Positions 41,400-51,345 of a stretch of DNA of 64,000 bases are shown here, in pieces. The notes under the pieces are model-generated. The model was not told the origin of the DNA. It did not search any database and was given only the letters and a program-made list of their open reading frames with translations. The stretch lies in assembly GCA_965218095.1 (NCBI GenBank), contig OZ244587.1, forward strand, positions 2,464,001 through 2,528,000. Direction: 5' to 3'. This DNA is from Candidatus Poribacteria bacterium (GTDB lineage Bacteria > Poribacteria > WGA-4E > PCPOR2b). Both the position numbers and the translations under genes were made by a program. Position 1 is the stretch's first letter; every line of letters starts with the position of its first letter.

Positions 41400-41464
41400 A
41401 GCCATCCGAATTTAAAAACGAACCACCAACTTTCCATGAACTTATTGCGGGTAGTTTCTTGGAA

Positions 41465-41533
41465 GTCTAATAGAGCGCAGCGAAGAATCTCCTCGTTAAG
41501 GTGTAAGAGATCCTTCACTTCGTTGAGGCTGAC
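41465..41533. repeat. Degenerate GTC..GAGCGCAGCGAAGAATCTC / GAGATCCTTCACTTCG..GAC palindromic repeat
   Basis: Two complementary arms resembling a widespread intergenic REP doublet. Confidence 0.45.
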
Positions 41534-41688
41534 GGGAGAAGCACGTGTTTTACTCGCTATAAGTTCAATATTAAAGTTCTCATTTCCTTGATGGAAGAGG
41601 AGAGGAAGCATAGAAGTCCACTTCCTTCCATTCTTCCTTTTCTTCCTCTTACGGATTACGTTTTACGCATCCCATTTCATATTTTCCT

Positions 41689-42537
41689 ATGCGATACTTA
41701 CTCGAAGAAGCCTTTTCCAATATCCGATATGGTGGTTTTGTCAGCTTCCTGAGTGTTGTGATTATTACCCTTACAATCACGATTATGAGTGCTTTGATCC
41801 TGATTGGCAACTATCTGCGTCGAGAAGTTGAAAGTCTCAAGGATGAACCAGCGATCATCGTTTTTCTCAAAGACAGTGTGAATGAGTCAGAGGGGCTGGA
41901 ATTCCGCAGCCGGATTGAGAAGATAGATCGGGTTGCTTTAGTCATTTACGTGTCCAAAGTAGAAGCGCTTGCTCGAAGTGAACAGGCGTTTGGTGAATTG
42001 GGGCCGATCATCACACAAGGATTTGAAGATATGAACCCATTACCCGCCTCTCTAGAGATTTATGTCGGTGAGACCTCGCTGACTCGTGAAGCGTTAGAGC
42101 AGCTTGCCCATCAAATTAAGTCCTTTCCGCAGGCTGAGGATGTGAGACATGAGCAGTACAGTTCTGAATTTATTCGTAAGGCGGAGATGGTGATCATGGG
42201 ATTAGGGGGGTTGATGGGGGCGGCTTCGGTGATCATTGTTTGCTTCTCGATTATGCTCACAGCTTACTTCCGCCGCGAGGAGATCCGCGTCATGAGGCTG
42301 GTTGGGGCAACCTACTGGTACATCCGTGTGCCGCTTATTGCCCAGGGGGTCTTTTTGGGATTTATGGGGAGTCTATTCGGAATCGGCAACTTCTATGCCC
42401 TGTTTCGCCTGTTCACGCCGCGAATTGGTGATATGGTGTTCATTCCATTTAATCAACTTAGCCTGATTCTGCTAGGTGGCGTCCTACTCGGATTGTTTGG
42501 CAGTATTCTACCGCTAAGGAAATATGTAAATGTCTAG
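41689..42537 (+). CDS. ftsX: Cell division permease FtsX-like
   Basis: YVSK.EAL, NPLPASLEI, RREEIRVMRLVGATYWYIRVP, 4 TM segments. Confidence 0.85.
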   Translation: MRYLLEEAFSNIRYGGFVSFLSVVIITLTITIMSALILIGNYLRREVESLKDEPAIIVFLKDSVNESEGLEFRSRIEKIDRVALVIYVSKVEALARSEQAFGELGPIITQGFEDMNPLPASLEIYVGETSLTREALEQLAHQIKSFPQAEDVRHEQYSSEFIRKAEMVIMGLGGLMGAASVIIVCFSIMLTAYFRREEIRVMRLVGATYWYIRVPLIAQGVFLGFMGSLFGIGNFYALFRLFTPRIGDMVFIPFNQLSLILLGGVLLGLFGSILPLRKYVNV

Positions 42538-42596
42538 CGCCTATACTTTGTTAACGAACATGCCTTAACTCAATTTAACCTTCGCCGAAGTCCGAT

Positions 42597-42854
42597 ATGC
42601 CCAATCAGAAGGCTGTTCAACTGAAGGCAGGCGATATTGTTTTCTACAACTCCAGTCTTCTCCACAAAGGGTATAACTGGTCGGGGGCGACACGCCAAAC
42701 ACTGCATTACGCGCTCGTGGTTGCACCGCCCGAAGGGGAAACGCCAAACCCGGATAGCCCTACGAGTCAGGAGTGGCTGAACGATCCAGCGTTCTTTGAA
42801 AGTCTCAACCCGCGAATCAAACCGCTTTTCGATAACTGGTTAAAATATGGATAA
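42597..42854 (+). pseudogene. C-terminal fragment of a PhyH-family dioxygenase
   Basis: VQLKAGDIVFYNSSLLHKG...RQTLH; HxD motif missing. Confidence 0.65.
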
Positions 42855-42905
42855 GAAGGGAAGCGTTGGGTTTACCCTCGAAACAACAGAAAATGAGGAC
42901 ATATC

Positions 42906-44087
42906 ATGTTATATCTGAATTCCATTGAAAATGCTGAAGACAGTCCAACAGAGAAAAAATACGCAATTTGTCACGACGAAGTTCCATCTATGCGGAATAT
43001 CCCAGGATTAGCACCATCAAAGGCACTGCTCGCACAGTGGCAATCCCAGAAGATTAGTTGGGAAATATTTCGTAACCAATTCATGGAGGAAATGAGAACG
43101 GAGTATCTCCGCAACGAGAGCCGACTTAAAAGGCTGGCAAAATATGGCTTGGAAAATGATGTCACCCTCCATTCACCGGAGCCGAGCGGCGAGCAGACCT
43201 ATCGCACCATTTTGGAAGGGGTTATTAACGCAATCCTGGAAAGCGAAGGGCGGACAGACCGCGTAACCAATCTCGCACGAGAACCGGTTGAGGAGTCACA
43301 ACTGCAGGTGCAGGAAGATATTACCAGCCTTTTTCGTGACACTTTGCGTGAATTGAGCTTGACTAAAGACGACAAAACTCGATTGCTCAGGGAAAATGAC
43401 GAATTGAAAAGACAAATCGATCAACTTGAGGGAGAAACCAACACCCATACTGAGAGTATAAAATTACTGGATGAGAGAATCTCGAATAAAGATGAGCAAA
43501 TTCAATCGCTTCAAGCCGAAAGCCACAACAAAGACAGAGAGAATGCCGAGTTGAAAACGCAAATCGATCAACTTCAAAGAGAAATCAACACCCATACTGA
43601 GAGTATAGGAACTAAAAACGACGAAATTAAATCACTCAAAGCTGCAATCCGTAACAAAGATGGAGAGAATGATGAGTTGAAAACGCAGATTGCTCAACTT
43701 CAAGAAATCAATACCCACCCGGGAATCAGAGACATCGCCGTAGAAGCAACAGGGGACAATCTAGTGTTTGGAGAATACTTCAGAGACCTCAATATTGATG
43801 AAAATCTCCCTGAAATACTACGCAACTGGCTTATAAGGCAGTTGAGAACAGATCCGAATTCCCGTGAAGGATTGCCCATACTTATTCGGGAGTATCAAGG
43901 CTTTGGTGAATTTGATAAATATGATGTTCAACTTGCTCATGCTATAAGAACACAACGCGAGCTAATCGCTTATCGCGGACAAGAAATTGATGAAAGGACG
44001 AGAATGGGACGGGCACTTTGCTGCTTCTTTGCGGCAGCATTGTTATCTCCAAAACTTCCAGAACCGAAACAGCCCGCTTTTAAGTAA
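42906..44087 (+). CDS. Hypothetical protein: DUF488-like N-terminus, repeat coiled coil, HEPN-like C-terminus
   Basis: LAPSKALL..W....ISWEIFRNQFMEEM; three REN.ELK.QI.QL repeats; AHAIRTQRELIAY; RBS GAGGA. Confidence 0.55.
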   Translation: MLYLNSIENAEDSPTEKKYAICHDEVPSMRNIPGLAPSKALLAQWQSQKISWEIFRNQFMEEMRTEYLRNESRLKRLAKYGLENDVTLHSPEPSGEQTYRTILEGVINAILESEGRTDRVTNLAREPVEESQLQVQEDITSLFRDTLRELSLTKDDKTRLLRENDELKRQIDQLEGETNTHTESIKLLDERISNKDEQIQSLQAESHNKDRENAELKTQIDQLQREINTHTESIGTKNDEIKSLKAAIRNKDGENDELKTQIAQLQEINTHPGIRDIAVEATGDNLVFGEYFRDLNIDENLPEILRNWLIRQLRTDPNSREGLPILIREYQGFGEFDKYDVQLAHAIRTQRELIAYRGQEIDERTRMGRALCCFFAAALLSPKLPEPKQPAFK

Positions 44088-44123
44088 CCAACTCAAATAT
44101 GGATAACAGAGGAGGAGGGATTT

Positions 44124-45059
44124 ATGGCAACACATCACTTTGAACCAACCGTTTATTACACCGCAATCGGGACGCACGAGCCGGTGCTCCACATCGACAG
44201 CGGTGATACTGTCATCACAACAACGGTCGATGCGGGCGGCGTTGATGCCGCAGGCGAGCAGGTCACAGAGAGGGGAAATCCGCAGACGGGGCCCTTTTAT
44301 ATCAACGGCGCGGAGCCGGGGGACACACTTGCTGTCCATTTTGATCGCCTCGTCCCGAATCGGAAAATGGGGCGAACCGGGACGGTAATCGCCCCGCATA
44401 TCCTTGATCCGCACTATGTCGCCTCCGATCTGCCGGAGAATGGCCGCGGAGACTGGGAAATCGACCTAGACGAATGGACGGCGACCTTAGTTTCTCCGGA
44501 AACGAAACTGGGCAGGCTCACGCTGCCGTTGGAGCCGATGACCGGGTGTTTTGGTGTCGCCCCGCCGCGTAGACAGGCAATCTCCACAGCGACCTCTTCA
44601 ACGCATGGCGGGAACATGGACTACCGCGGTTTTTGTGAAGGCGTTACCGTTTACCTACCCGTCTTTGTGGATGGTGCCCTGTTCCACATTGGGGATGGAC
44701 ACGCTGTACAAGGTGATGGTGAAATCGTCGGAACCGGGATTGAGATCTCGTTTGATGTGCAGTTTACGGTCAATCTAATTAAAGGAAAAGAGATTGGTTG
44801 GCCCAGAGCGGAAAACGACAACTATATCTTAACGGCGGGAAATGCGCGTCCCTTGGATCAGGCTGTGCAACATGCGACAACTGAGCTCGTGTGCTGGCTG
44901 AATGAACTTGGCTTGGAAGGAAACGCACCCCACATCTTGCTCGGTCAATGTGTCGAATATGACCTCGGCAACGTCTATGATCCGGCGTATACGATGATCT
45001 GCAAGGTGAAAAAGCGCATCCTGCGGGATATTGGTTTGGATCTGGAACCACTGATCTGA
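44124..45059 (+). CDS. Acetamidase/formamidase family protein
   Basis: NPQTGPFYINGAEPGD, HGGNMD, GDGHAVQGDGE..GTGIE. Confidence 0.92.
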   Translation: MATHHFEPTVYYTAIGTHEPVLHIDSGDTVITTTVDAGGVDAAGEQVTERGNPQTGPFYINGAEPGDTLAVHFDRLVPNRKMGRTGTVIAPHILDPHYVASDLPENGRGDWEIDLDEWTATLVSPETKLGRLTLPLEPMTGCFGVAPPRRQAISTATSSTHGGNMDYRGFCEGVTVYLPVFVDGALFHIGDGHAVQGDGEIVGTGIEISFDVQFTVNLIKGKEIGWPRAENDNYILTAGNARPLDQAVQHATTELVCWLNELGLEGNAPHILLGQCVEYDLGNVYDPAYTMICKVKKRILRDIGLDLEPLI

Positions 45060-45106
45060 AAATCAACGAAGTAGAATATGGCCGATTCTCGGACGAGCAC
45101 TGCCAG

Positions 45107-45126
45107 CCCCCGATCGTCGATCGGGG
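45107..45126. repeat. CCCGAT-Nn-ATCGGG palindrome, family B (other copies at 31175, 34148, 36071, 45269, 51310)
   Basis: CCCCGATCGTCGATCGGGG; six or more related copies, all intergenic. Confidence 0.7.
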
Positions 45127-45170
45127 ATGCTTGCGGAGCAGGGCTTGTTTTTGCCAGCCTCTGAACCAGC

Positions 45171-45247
45171 TAGTGGTCTAAGGCATAAATATGTGGGCAG
45201 TCACCTTGACTGTTTAACTGTCCAAGAACTTCTGCCGTGAAACACTA
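45171..45247. mobile_element. 77-bp relic of two joined IS630-like ends
   Basis: TAGTGGTCTAAGGCATAAATATGTGGGCAGT versus reverse complement of right end TAGTGTTTCACGGCAGAAGTTCTTGGACAGT (21/31), TA termini. Confidence 0.45.
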
Positions 45248-45292
45248 ACAGCAGGTTAAACGAAGCGAAGTCCCGATATATCGGGACTCTAC

Positions 45293-45925
45293 TTAGAACA
45301 ACGTCAACTTCGGCTGCTCAGGGACTTCTGCCAGTTTACGCTTCGCTTCGGCGATGTCATCAATCAAGCTTTGCCGGGCATGCGTATATGCCTCGCCCTC
45401 CTGCCTCAACACATATGCCGGGTTAAAGGTCGCCATCACGAATGGAGCATAAAGTGTGTCTGTGAACCACGTGCCACGCTCCTCAGTCATGCGGAATCCC
45501 TTGTGGATGAGCGTATTGGCAGCAGGACTTCCCATACACAGAATGACGGATGGGTTAATCAACGTGATCTCTCCATCAAGCCACTTTGCGCACGCTTTGA
45601 TCTCCCCTGCTCTCGGCGGACGGTTTTTGACGACACGCCCCTTTCGGACGGCGGCGCGACATTTAATTACGTTTGTCAGCCAGATCTCCCCACGAGTCAA
45701 TTCGTTTGCCTGAAGCACCTCATCGAGTAGATCTCCCGATGGCCCTGAAAACGGGAGCTTTGTGTGTTCATCCGTCGCAGATGGACCTTCAGCGACAATA
45801 ACGAGTTTGGCGGCCGGATCGCCGCTCCCAAAAACGACGTTCAACCGGGTTTCTGCCAATCTACAGGCAGTGCAGACAATTGCTTGCGCTTTGAGTGTCT
45901 CCATTTTTTCGGCGCCTTTAGTCAT
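45293..45925 (-). CDS. Family 4 uracil-DNA glycosylase (4Fe-4S)
   Basis: CTACRL, VVFGSG, AEGP, PFSGPSG.LL, TNVIKCR, NRPP..EI.AC, TFNPAYVLR. Confidence 0.88.
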   Translation of the reverse strand: MTKGAEKMETLKAQAIVCTACRLAETRLNVVFGSGDPAAKLVIVAEGPSATDEHTKLPFSGPSGDLLDEVLQANELTRGEIWLTNVIKCRAAVRKGRVVKNRPPRAGEIKACAKWLDGEITLINPSVILCMGSPAANTLIHKGFRMTEERGTWFTDTLYAPFVMATFNPAYVLRQEGEAYTHARQSLIDDIAEAKRKLAEVPEQPKLTLF

Positions 45926-46003
45926 TTTGATCGCCCATATCTTTTGGGGGTACGGAGAATTGTATCTCTTGATGATAGTTAAGAATATGGCATGTCGGTT
46001 TGT

Positions 46004-46165
46004 TCAAACCGGATGAAATTCAGATTCAAATTCAGTAACCGGCACTTCAATTGTCCCCTGAATCGCTTCAAGTGAATGGGCTTTTTTCTGCATCTCACCG
46101 TAAACCTTCAACGTGAAATATGGTTCACCACAGTGCTGGCAGACGCTCGCAGACACATTTTCATA
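46004..46165 (-). pseudogene. C-terminal half of a YgiT/MqsA-type zinc-finger protein
   Basis: Manual translation YENVSASVCQHCGEPYFT...IEVPVTEF*; first CxxC missing. Confidence 0.65.
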
Positions 46166-46268
46166 GTGAGAACAGGGGAAGAAGAAGCAAATTGGAAGGG
46201 AGGAAGGAGAGTAAACCTCCAGTAAGACGCTGACATTCTTCTAAGTCCGTTGACGGACATTCATTATC

Positions 46269-46781
46269 TTACTGCTTTTCGTAAACCGTTGTGGTGGTTC
46301 GTCCGGTTGCTTCATCTCTGCTGGTAATGGTCAGCCGGTTTTCGTCGCGTTTGACAGTTGATTCACCAGTGATTCCAGATGGGACCGAAAGCCACGTATT
46401 GAAGTCCGGTTCTATCTCGATATCAGTTGTTTCACCAGTGATTTTGTTCCCGGAAATCTTGTAGGTTCCTTGTGCGGTAACAGTGAATTGTCCGAGCACA
46501 GGGACCTCCGACACAGTCGTAACACTCCAGGTCCCATCAGCTTCGAGAGTAAACGTCTGCTCAGGTAAAGCGCTTGTGCCAGGAACCTGTGGTTCAAAGG
46601 CAACAAGTTTCCATGTGCCAACAATATTGACACTATCACGACTGCTTGCGTCTACGGTGATGGGATTGCTATCTTTACCTATGTCATCCGTTTCATCGTC
46701 ATCGCCGCAACCAACGAATACAGATACGCACACAGCTAAAACAATCACCTCTATGAATAAGAAAAAAGGAAAACACTTCAT
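46269..46781 (-). CDS. Lipoprotein with a lipocalin-like beta-barrel
   Basis: Lipobox FVGC followed by GDDDE; IVGTWKL; GTYKISGNKI. Confidence 0.7.
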   Translation of the reverse strand: MKCFPFFLFIEVIVLAVCVSVFVGCGDDDETDDIGKDSNPITVDASSRDSVNIVGTWKLVAFEPQVPGTSALPEQTFTLEADGTWSVTTVSEVPVLGQFTVTAQGTYKISGNKITGETTDIEIEPDFNTWLSVPSGITGESTVKRDENRLTITSRDEATGRTTTTVYEKQ

Positions 46782-46907
46782 TTTGTCTGGAAAAAGTAAG
46801 GAATAGGATCGAGGGGAGTAATAAGGGGGAGGGGAAGAAGGGTCAGTTGGGAGGAAGGATGGAAAGCGTTTGGCGTCAAATGCTTTCCATCCTTCTAAAC
46901 AGCTAAT

Positions 46908-47050
46908 TTCAGGTATTCATTGCATGACTGTTTCTCGGAAACGGTTCTGGACGTTTCCCCTGTTGTCGCATCTGTGCTGGTAAAGACAAGCTGGTTTCCG
47001 TCACGCTCGTACATTGTTTCATTCTCGGATATCCCACCCTCTGAAGTAAG
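46908..47050 (-). pseudogene. Truncated paralog of the adjacent lipocalin-like lipoprotein
   Basis: YERDGNQLVFTSTDATTGETSRTVSEKQ aligns with VKRDENRLTITSRDEATGRTTTTVYEKQ. Confidence 0.65.
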
Positions 47051-47255
47051 ATGATAACATAGTTATTGGGGGATGTCAACATGTATAAACGATCTTGCTG
47101 GCAAAGTGGGATATACTAAGTGGTGGCGCAGGTGCGAGCGTATTTTTTCAAAGGAGAGAGCGAGAAGGCAAGGGAGTGAAAGCAGATAAGCGAAAGGGAC
47201 TTTGAGGCTCATTTCTGGATTAAGTACCTGGCGGGGATCATGATTCTTATACGAC

Positions 47256-48098
47256 CTAAAACCGCTTCCGCAAAACAACTCGGCTCTGAAGGGTATGGGG
47301 GGAGACGGTCGTTTGCAGTTCTAATTCAAAGGGCTTGGGGAATGCGGCTTGCGGAGCATGTTTTTTATTATAGTTTTTGGTGGCAATACGGGCGTCAATT
47401 GCGCTGACGACGTGATTCAAAATCACGATTCCCTCGAAATTACGAGCCGACTGGAATTTGTCGTTGGCATCCTTTCGCAGTTTGCGGGCTTCCAGGCGTA
47501 GTGGGGAAGGAGTAGAGATTTTTTCTTCTTCTCTGTCTTTGAATGACCGTTGATCGCTCCAGTACCACTTGCCTGTGCGCGCCCGGGTCGGATCTGAATC
47601 ATACTCATGGTTCCAGTTTTCATATTGCGTCGCGTGCTCGAAGTCTTCGATAAGGTCCCAGTTGTTGAACTTCGTGGGTCCTTCAGGAATAACAACGTGT
47701 TGTCTCACCTGTGCACGGTAGTCCTTCCGGAGGTCTTCCGCGTTGCTGCGCGTAATGAAATAGGCGGCAAGGAACCCCACCTCCGCCGCAATCTGAAGAT
47801 AGCCACGCTTCGCGCCAATGTAGAGCTGCCCCGAACCGGGAACGAGCGCCGAATACAAAAATGCTTTGGTTGGGGATTTCGACGACTCTGGATTGAGTGT
47901 GCTCTGGCGTCCCCCCATGCTTGAGGCCTCACTTTGATCTACCGGTAATGCCTGCATGCCAAGCGCAGAGATCAGCCGAAAAGAAGTCCGCTCAAAGCCC
48001 GACTTATTCGACTCGACCTCTGCTGATGCGACACTTAGCCATGCGAACATCGCTCCATGGATCAGCAGCACGAAAGCAATCCAACGTGTATATCTCAT
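47256..48098 (-). CDS. Exported/membrane protein, DUF5683-like
   Basis: Signal peptide; KSPTKAFLYSALVPGSGQLY.G; NHVVSAIDA; terminal Phe. Confidence 0.65.
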   Translation of the reverse strand: MRYTRWIAFVLLIHGAMFAWLSVASAEVESNKSGFERTSFRLISALGMQALPVDQSEASSMGGRQSTLNPESSKSPTKAFLYSALVPGSGQLYIGAKRGYLQIAAEVGFLAAYFITRSNAEDLRKDYRAQVRQHVVIPEGPTKFNNWDLIEDFEHATQYENWNHEYDSDPTRARTGKWYWSDQRSFKDREEEKISTPSPLRLEARKLRKDANDKFQSARNFEGIVILNHVVSAIDARIATKNYNKKHAPQAAFPKPFELELQTTVSPHTLQSRVVLRKRF

Positions 48099-48215
48099 TT
48101 TTTTCTCCTTAGGAATCGGGTGGCGGGGTTTAGAGCCGCCCCTCGATCTGAGAAGGCACGGAATTTCTGAAACATGACGTAATACCTGAGGGGTTTCACG
48201 TTTTACGCTTCACGC

Positions 48216-49367
48216 CTAGAATCTCAGTATCAGAGCAAAGACGTGCAGACGCTTATTTTCTGGACCGCCGCCGGGGAGTTGCGCGTAATCAATCTGATAG
48301 TTGAGCAATCTAACACCTAAACCGTAGGTTAAGTGATCCGTGAAGTTGGGCAGGTCAATACCGGGTTCACCTTTATAGCCAACGCGCAGTGCAAGAAGGT
48401 TGCCCATCCAATACTCGACGCCGATGCCCTTCCGCATTTGCCTCCATTCAAGGGCGCGTATCCCGACGCCCCGATCTGAAAGCAACCCGTTGCGTGTGAA
48501 TTCAGGCTTCAGCTCCCGACCTTCCGTTAGTCTCTGTTCATTTTCCTTTTTTATGAGCGCATTTTGCTCCAGTAAATACGCCTCTAATTCATCCTCATCC
48601 TCTTTCAATTTATCGATAAACGCAGTCAGGTCACCAATGAGCCTCAGATTGTGATTTCCTTCATCGTAGAGCGTTACCGCTGTTCCAAATCTGAACATAC
48701 GAGGGAGTGGGTCACTTTGGTTTTCATCTATGAACTGAATCCGTGTTCCCCAATTCAGCACGGCTGCACCGATCCGGACCGGAACAGGCAGATTCGGCAG
48801 ATCATATTGTAAGCCGAGATCTACGGCATAGGAATGTCCGCCATCCCGCCACAATTTCAGACTGATAACTTTGCCGCTGATTCCTCCCAACAGTCCTTTC
48901 GCCAATTCATCCGCGTAAGAGACAGTCCACACCCAGTTTGTTCCAAGATTCTCTGTTCGCTCTGGCACCGGCGAGGTGGTTGTCACATCAATGGTCCCTT
49001 GTCCTTCAAGCTGAAGCATGGTGCCGAGGGTGCCGGCATCCTTGAGCGATAAAGCACCGCCAAAGAAGGCATAGAACAATCCTTCGCCGGCCTCTCCGAA
49101 GGGTTGGCCGTGGTCTAAAAGCGAAATAACCGCCTGTTTCTTTTCCATAATGCCTAGCCCACTCGGATTCCATAAAGCAGCCGTGACATCGTTATTAATC
49201 GCCGAGAACGCATCGCCTAACGCGGCAGCGCGTGTTCCACCGCCAAGATGGAGGATTGGCGCACCAGTTCGCCCCGGGCCCGCCAACACAGCAGATGGAA
49301 TAGAAAGCATTATCAGTAGTAGCAGTGTAACAGTCGTGGGTCGCACAATTGTTTGTTTCATTTTCAA
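48216..49367 (-). CDS. PorV/PorQ family outer-membrane barrel
   Basis: GGGTRAAALGDAFSA..DVTAALWNPSGL, DPLP..FRFG, LALRVGY, IDYA, terminal Phe. Confidence 0.78.
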   Translation of the reverse strand: MKMKQTIVRPTTVTLLLLIMLSIPSAVLAGPGRTGAPILHLGGGTRAAALGDAFSAINNDVTAALWNPSGLGIMEKKQAVISLLDHGQPFGEAGEGLFYAFFGGALSLKDAGTLGTMLQLEGQGTIDVTTTSPVPERTENLGTNWVWTVSYADELAKGLLGGISGKVISLKLWRDGGHSYAVDLGLQYDLPNLPVPVRIGAAVLNWGTRIQFIDENQSDPLPRMFRFGTAVTLYDEGNHNLRLIGDLTAFIDKLKEDEDELEAYLLEQNALIKKENEQRLTEGRELKPEFTRNGLLSDRGVGIRALEWRQMRKGIGVEYWMGNLLALRVGYKGEPGIDLPNFTDHLTYGLGVRLLNYQIDYAQLPGGGPENKRLHVFALILRF

Positions 49368-49531
49368 AATCTCCTTACATCAAACCCCAAAAGGGGATAA
49401 AACTTTAGCATTTACAACCGATCCAAACGAGAAGTTGTTTAATCAAGTTTACACAAGGTATTTAATTTCATTTACCGCTCTCGATGCGGATGAGAGCGTC
49501 GGGGTGAACCTCTCAACACCCCGTCAAACCT

Positions 49532-51223
49532 CTAAAGAAAATCAAAGTCGCAGCCCAGATGCGCCTGCTCAATATGCTCGATGTACAGCTTACCGTAGCC
49601 TCGCTTAAAGTGTGGTTCAGGTAAGATGAGGTCCTCTCGCCGCTTTGCCAATACCGCGTCATCAACCCGTAATTCCAACCGCTTGTTCCGGGTATCCAAT
49701 TCGATGAGATCGCCATCCTGTACCAGTGCGAGCGGACCACCGACAGCCGCTTCGGGGGAGATGTGCAGCACGATTGTGCCAAATGCGGTTCCACTCATAC
49801 GAGCATCTGAAATGCGAACCATATCTTTGACGCCTACCCGCAGCAGTTTCTTTGGGATAGGGAGATAGCCTGCCTCCGGCATTCCCGGTCCACCAATGGG
49901 GCCTGCGTTCTGGAGCACAATCACATGCTCTTCGGTGATAGGTAAATCAGGGTTATCAATGCGGTTGTGCAGGTCCTCAAGCGATCCAAAAACAATCGCC
50001 GGTCCCTGATGTGTCAGCCAATGAGGAGAAGCAGCGGAACGTTTGATCACCGCACCATTCGGCGCCAGGTTTCCAAAAAGACAGGCAAGCGATCCGGTTC
50101 CAAGCAAAGGCTCATCCTTGGTTTTAATGACATCCTGCCAGGCTGGGGGCTGGGGAACGGTCGAAAGATTTTCTCCAATGGTCGTCCCCAGCACAGTGAG
50201 GGCATCTCGATGGAGAAAGTCTTCGAGTGCTTTCATGACAACGGGAATCCCACCCGCCTTGAAGAGGTCCTCCATGTAATATCGACCACTTGGCTTGAGG
50301 TTCAGCAGCACCGGTGTTTCATCACTGATCTGATCGAAGTCCGTGAGGTTGAGTCGAACGCCGAGTCGCTTCGCAATCGCCGTCAAATGAATGACGCCAT
50401 TCGTCGAACCGCCGATTGCCATCAGGAGGCGCATCGCGTTTTCAAATGACTGATGCGTCAGGATCTTTGACGGACGGAGTTCTTTCCAAATCATTGAGAC
50501 AATCGTTCTGCCCGTCGCTTCCGCATGGCGACGCCGTTCCGCCATTACCGCGGGGATAGCGGCGCCGCCAGGCAGCATCATTCCGAGCGCCTCTGCCAGC
50601 CCCGCCATTGTACTAGCTGTTCCCATGACCATGCAGGTGCCTGTGCTGGAACATAACCGACCGCCGATTTCATCGGCTTGATCTCTATCCAAACGTCCAG
50701 CACGGTATTCGCCCCAGAATCGGCGACAATCCGTACAAGCTCCCAGCCGTCTGCCTTGATAATCCCCGGTGATCATCGGCCCCGCAACCAAACAGATTAC
50801 CGGTCGATCCGCACTCACGGCCCCCATCAACTGGGCGGGGACCGTTTTATCGCACCCGCCCAGCAGAACAACACCATCCATCGGCTGTGCGCGGATCATC
50901 TCCTCTGTATCCATCGCCATCAGGTTGCGAAACATCATGGTTGTGGGCGCCGTGAACATTTCCCCAAGCGAGATCGTCGGGAATTCGATGGGCAGCCCAC
51001 CTTGAGACAAAACGCCCCGCTTAACCGCTTCGATCAGATCGCCGAAGTTGTGATGGCAGCTATTGAAACCACTGAAGGTGTTGATGATGCCGACGATAGG
51101 TCGCTCAAGCTCCGCATCGGAATATCCCATCCCTTTCGCAAATGCCTTGCGGATATATACACTGAACTCCGGATCGCCGTAGTGGGTCAAGCCTTGCTTG
51201 ATGCCTGATGGATTGTTTTGCAT
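49532..51223 (-). CDS. IlvD/Edd family dehydratase (sugar-acid dehydratase type)
   Basis: PTTMMFRNL, GGCDKT, CMVMGTASTM, IGGSTN, GPGMPE, SDARMSGTAFG, PEAAVGG. Confidence 0.92.
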   Translation of the reverse strand: MQNNPSGIKQGLTHYGDPEFSVYIRKAFAKGMGYSDAELERPIVGIINTFSGFNSCHHNFGDLIEAVKRGVLSQGGLPIEFPTISLGEMFTAPTTMMFRNLMAMDTEEMIRAQPMDGVVLLGGCDKTVPAQLMGAVSADRPVICLVAGPMITGDYQGRRLGACTDCRRFWGEYRAGRLDRDQADEIGGRLCSSTGTCMVMGTASTMAGLAEALGMMLPGGAAIPAVMAERRRHAEATGRTIVSMIWKELRPSKILTHQSFENAMRLLMAIGGSTNGVIHLTAIAKRLGVRLNLTDFDQISDETPVLLNLKPSGRYYMEDLFKAGGIPVVMKALEDFLHRDALTVLGTTIGENLSTVPQPPAWQDVIKTKDEPLLGTGSLACLFGNLAPNGAVIKRSAASPHWLTHQGPAIVFGSLEDLHNRIDNPDLPITEEHVIVLQNAGPIGGPGMPEAGYLPIPKKLLRVGVKDMVRISDARMSGTAFGTIVLHISPEAAVGGPLALVQDGDLIELDTRNKRLELRVDDAVLAKRREDLILPEPHFKRGYGKLYIEHIEQAHLGCDFDFL

Positions 51224-51345
51224 AATATTCTTACTTTGCAGGAGCGGAATCCTTTCCGAGACTCTCTGTATCTTTCCCGGAGGCTAATTCTTACTCATAA
51301 GTCTGTGAACCCCGATAAATCGGGGCGACTTCTCTCTCTCCCTTG

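Noticed and set aside
49486-49533. Two adjacent hairpins after the IlvD/Edd gene considered as a riboswitch for the PorV-like gene
   Set aside because: No conserved aptamer motifs; the position fits a terminator or REP-like structure
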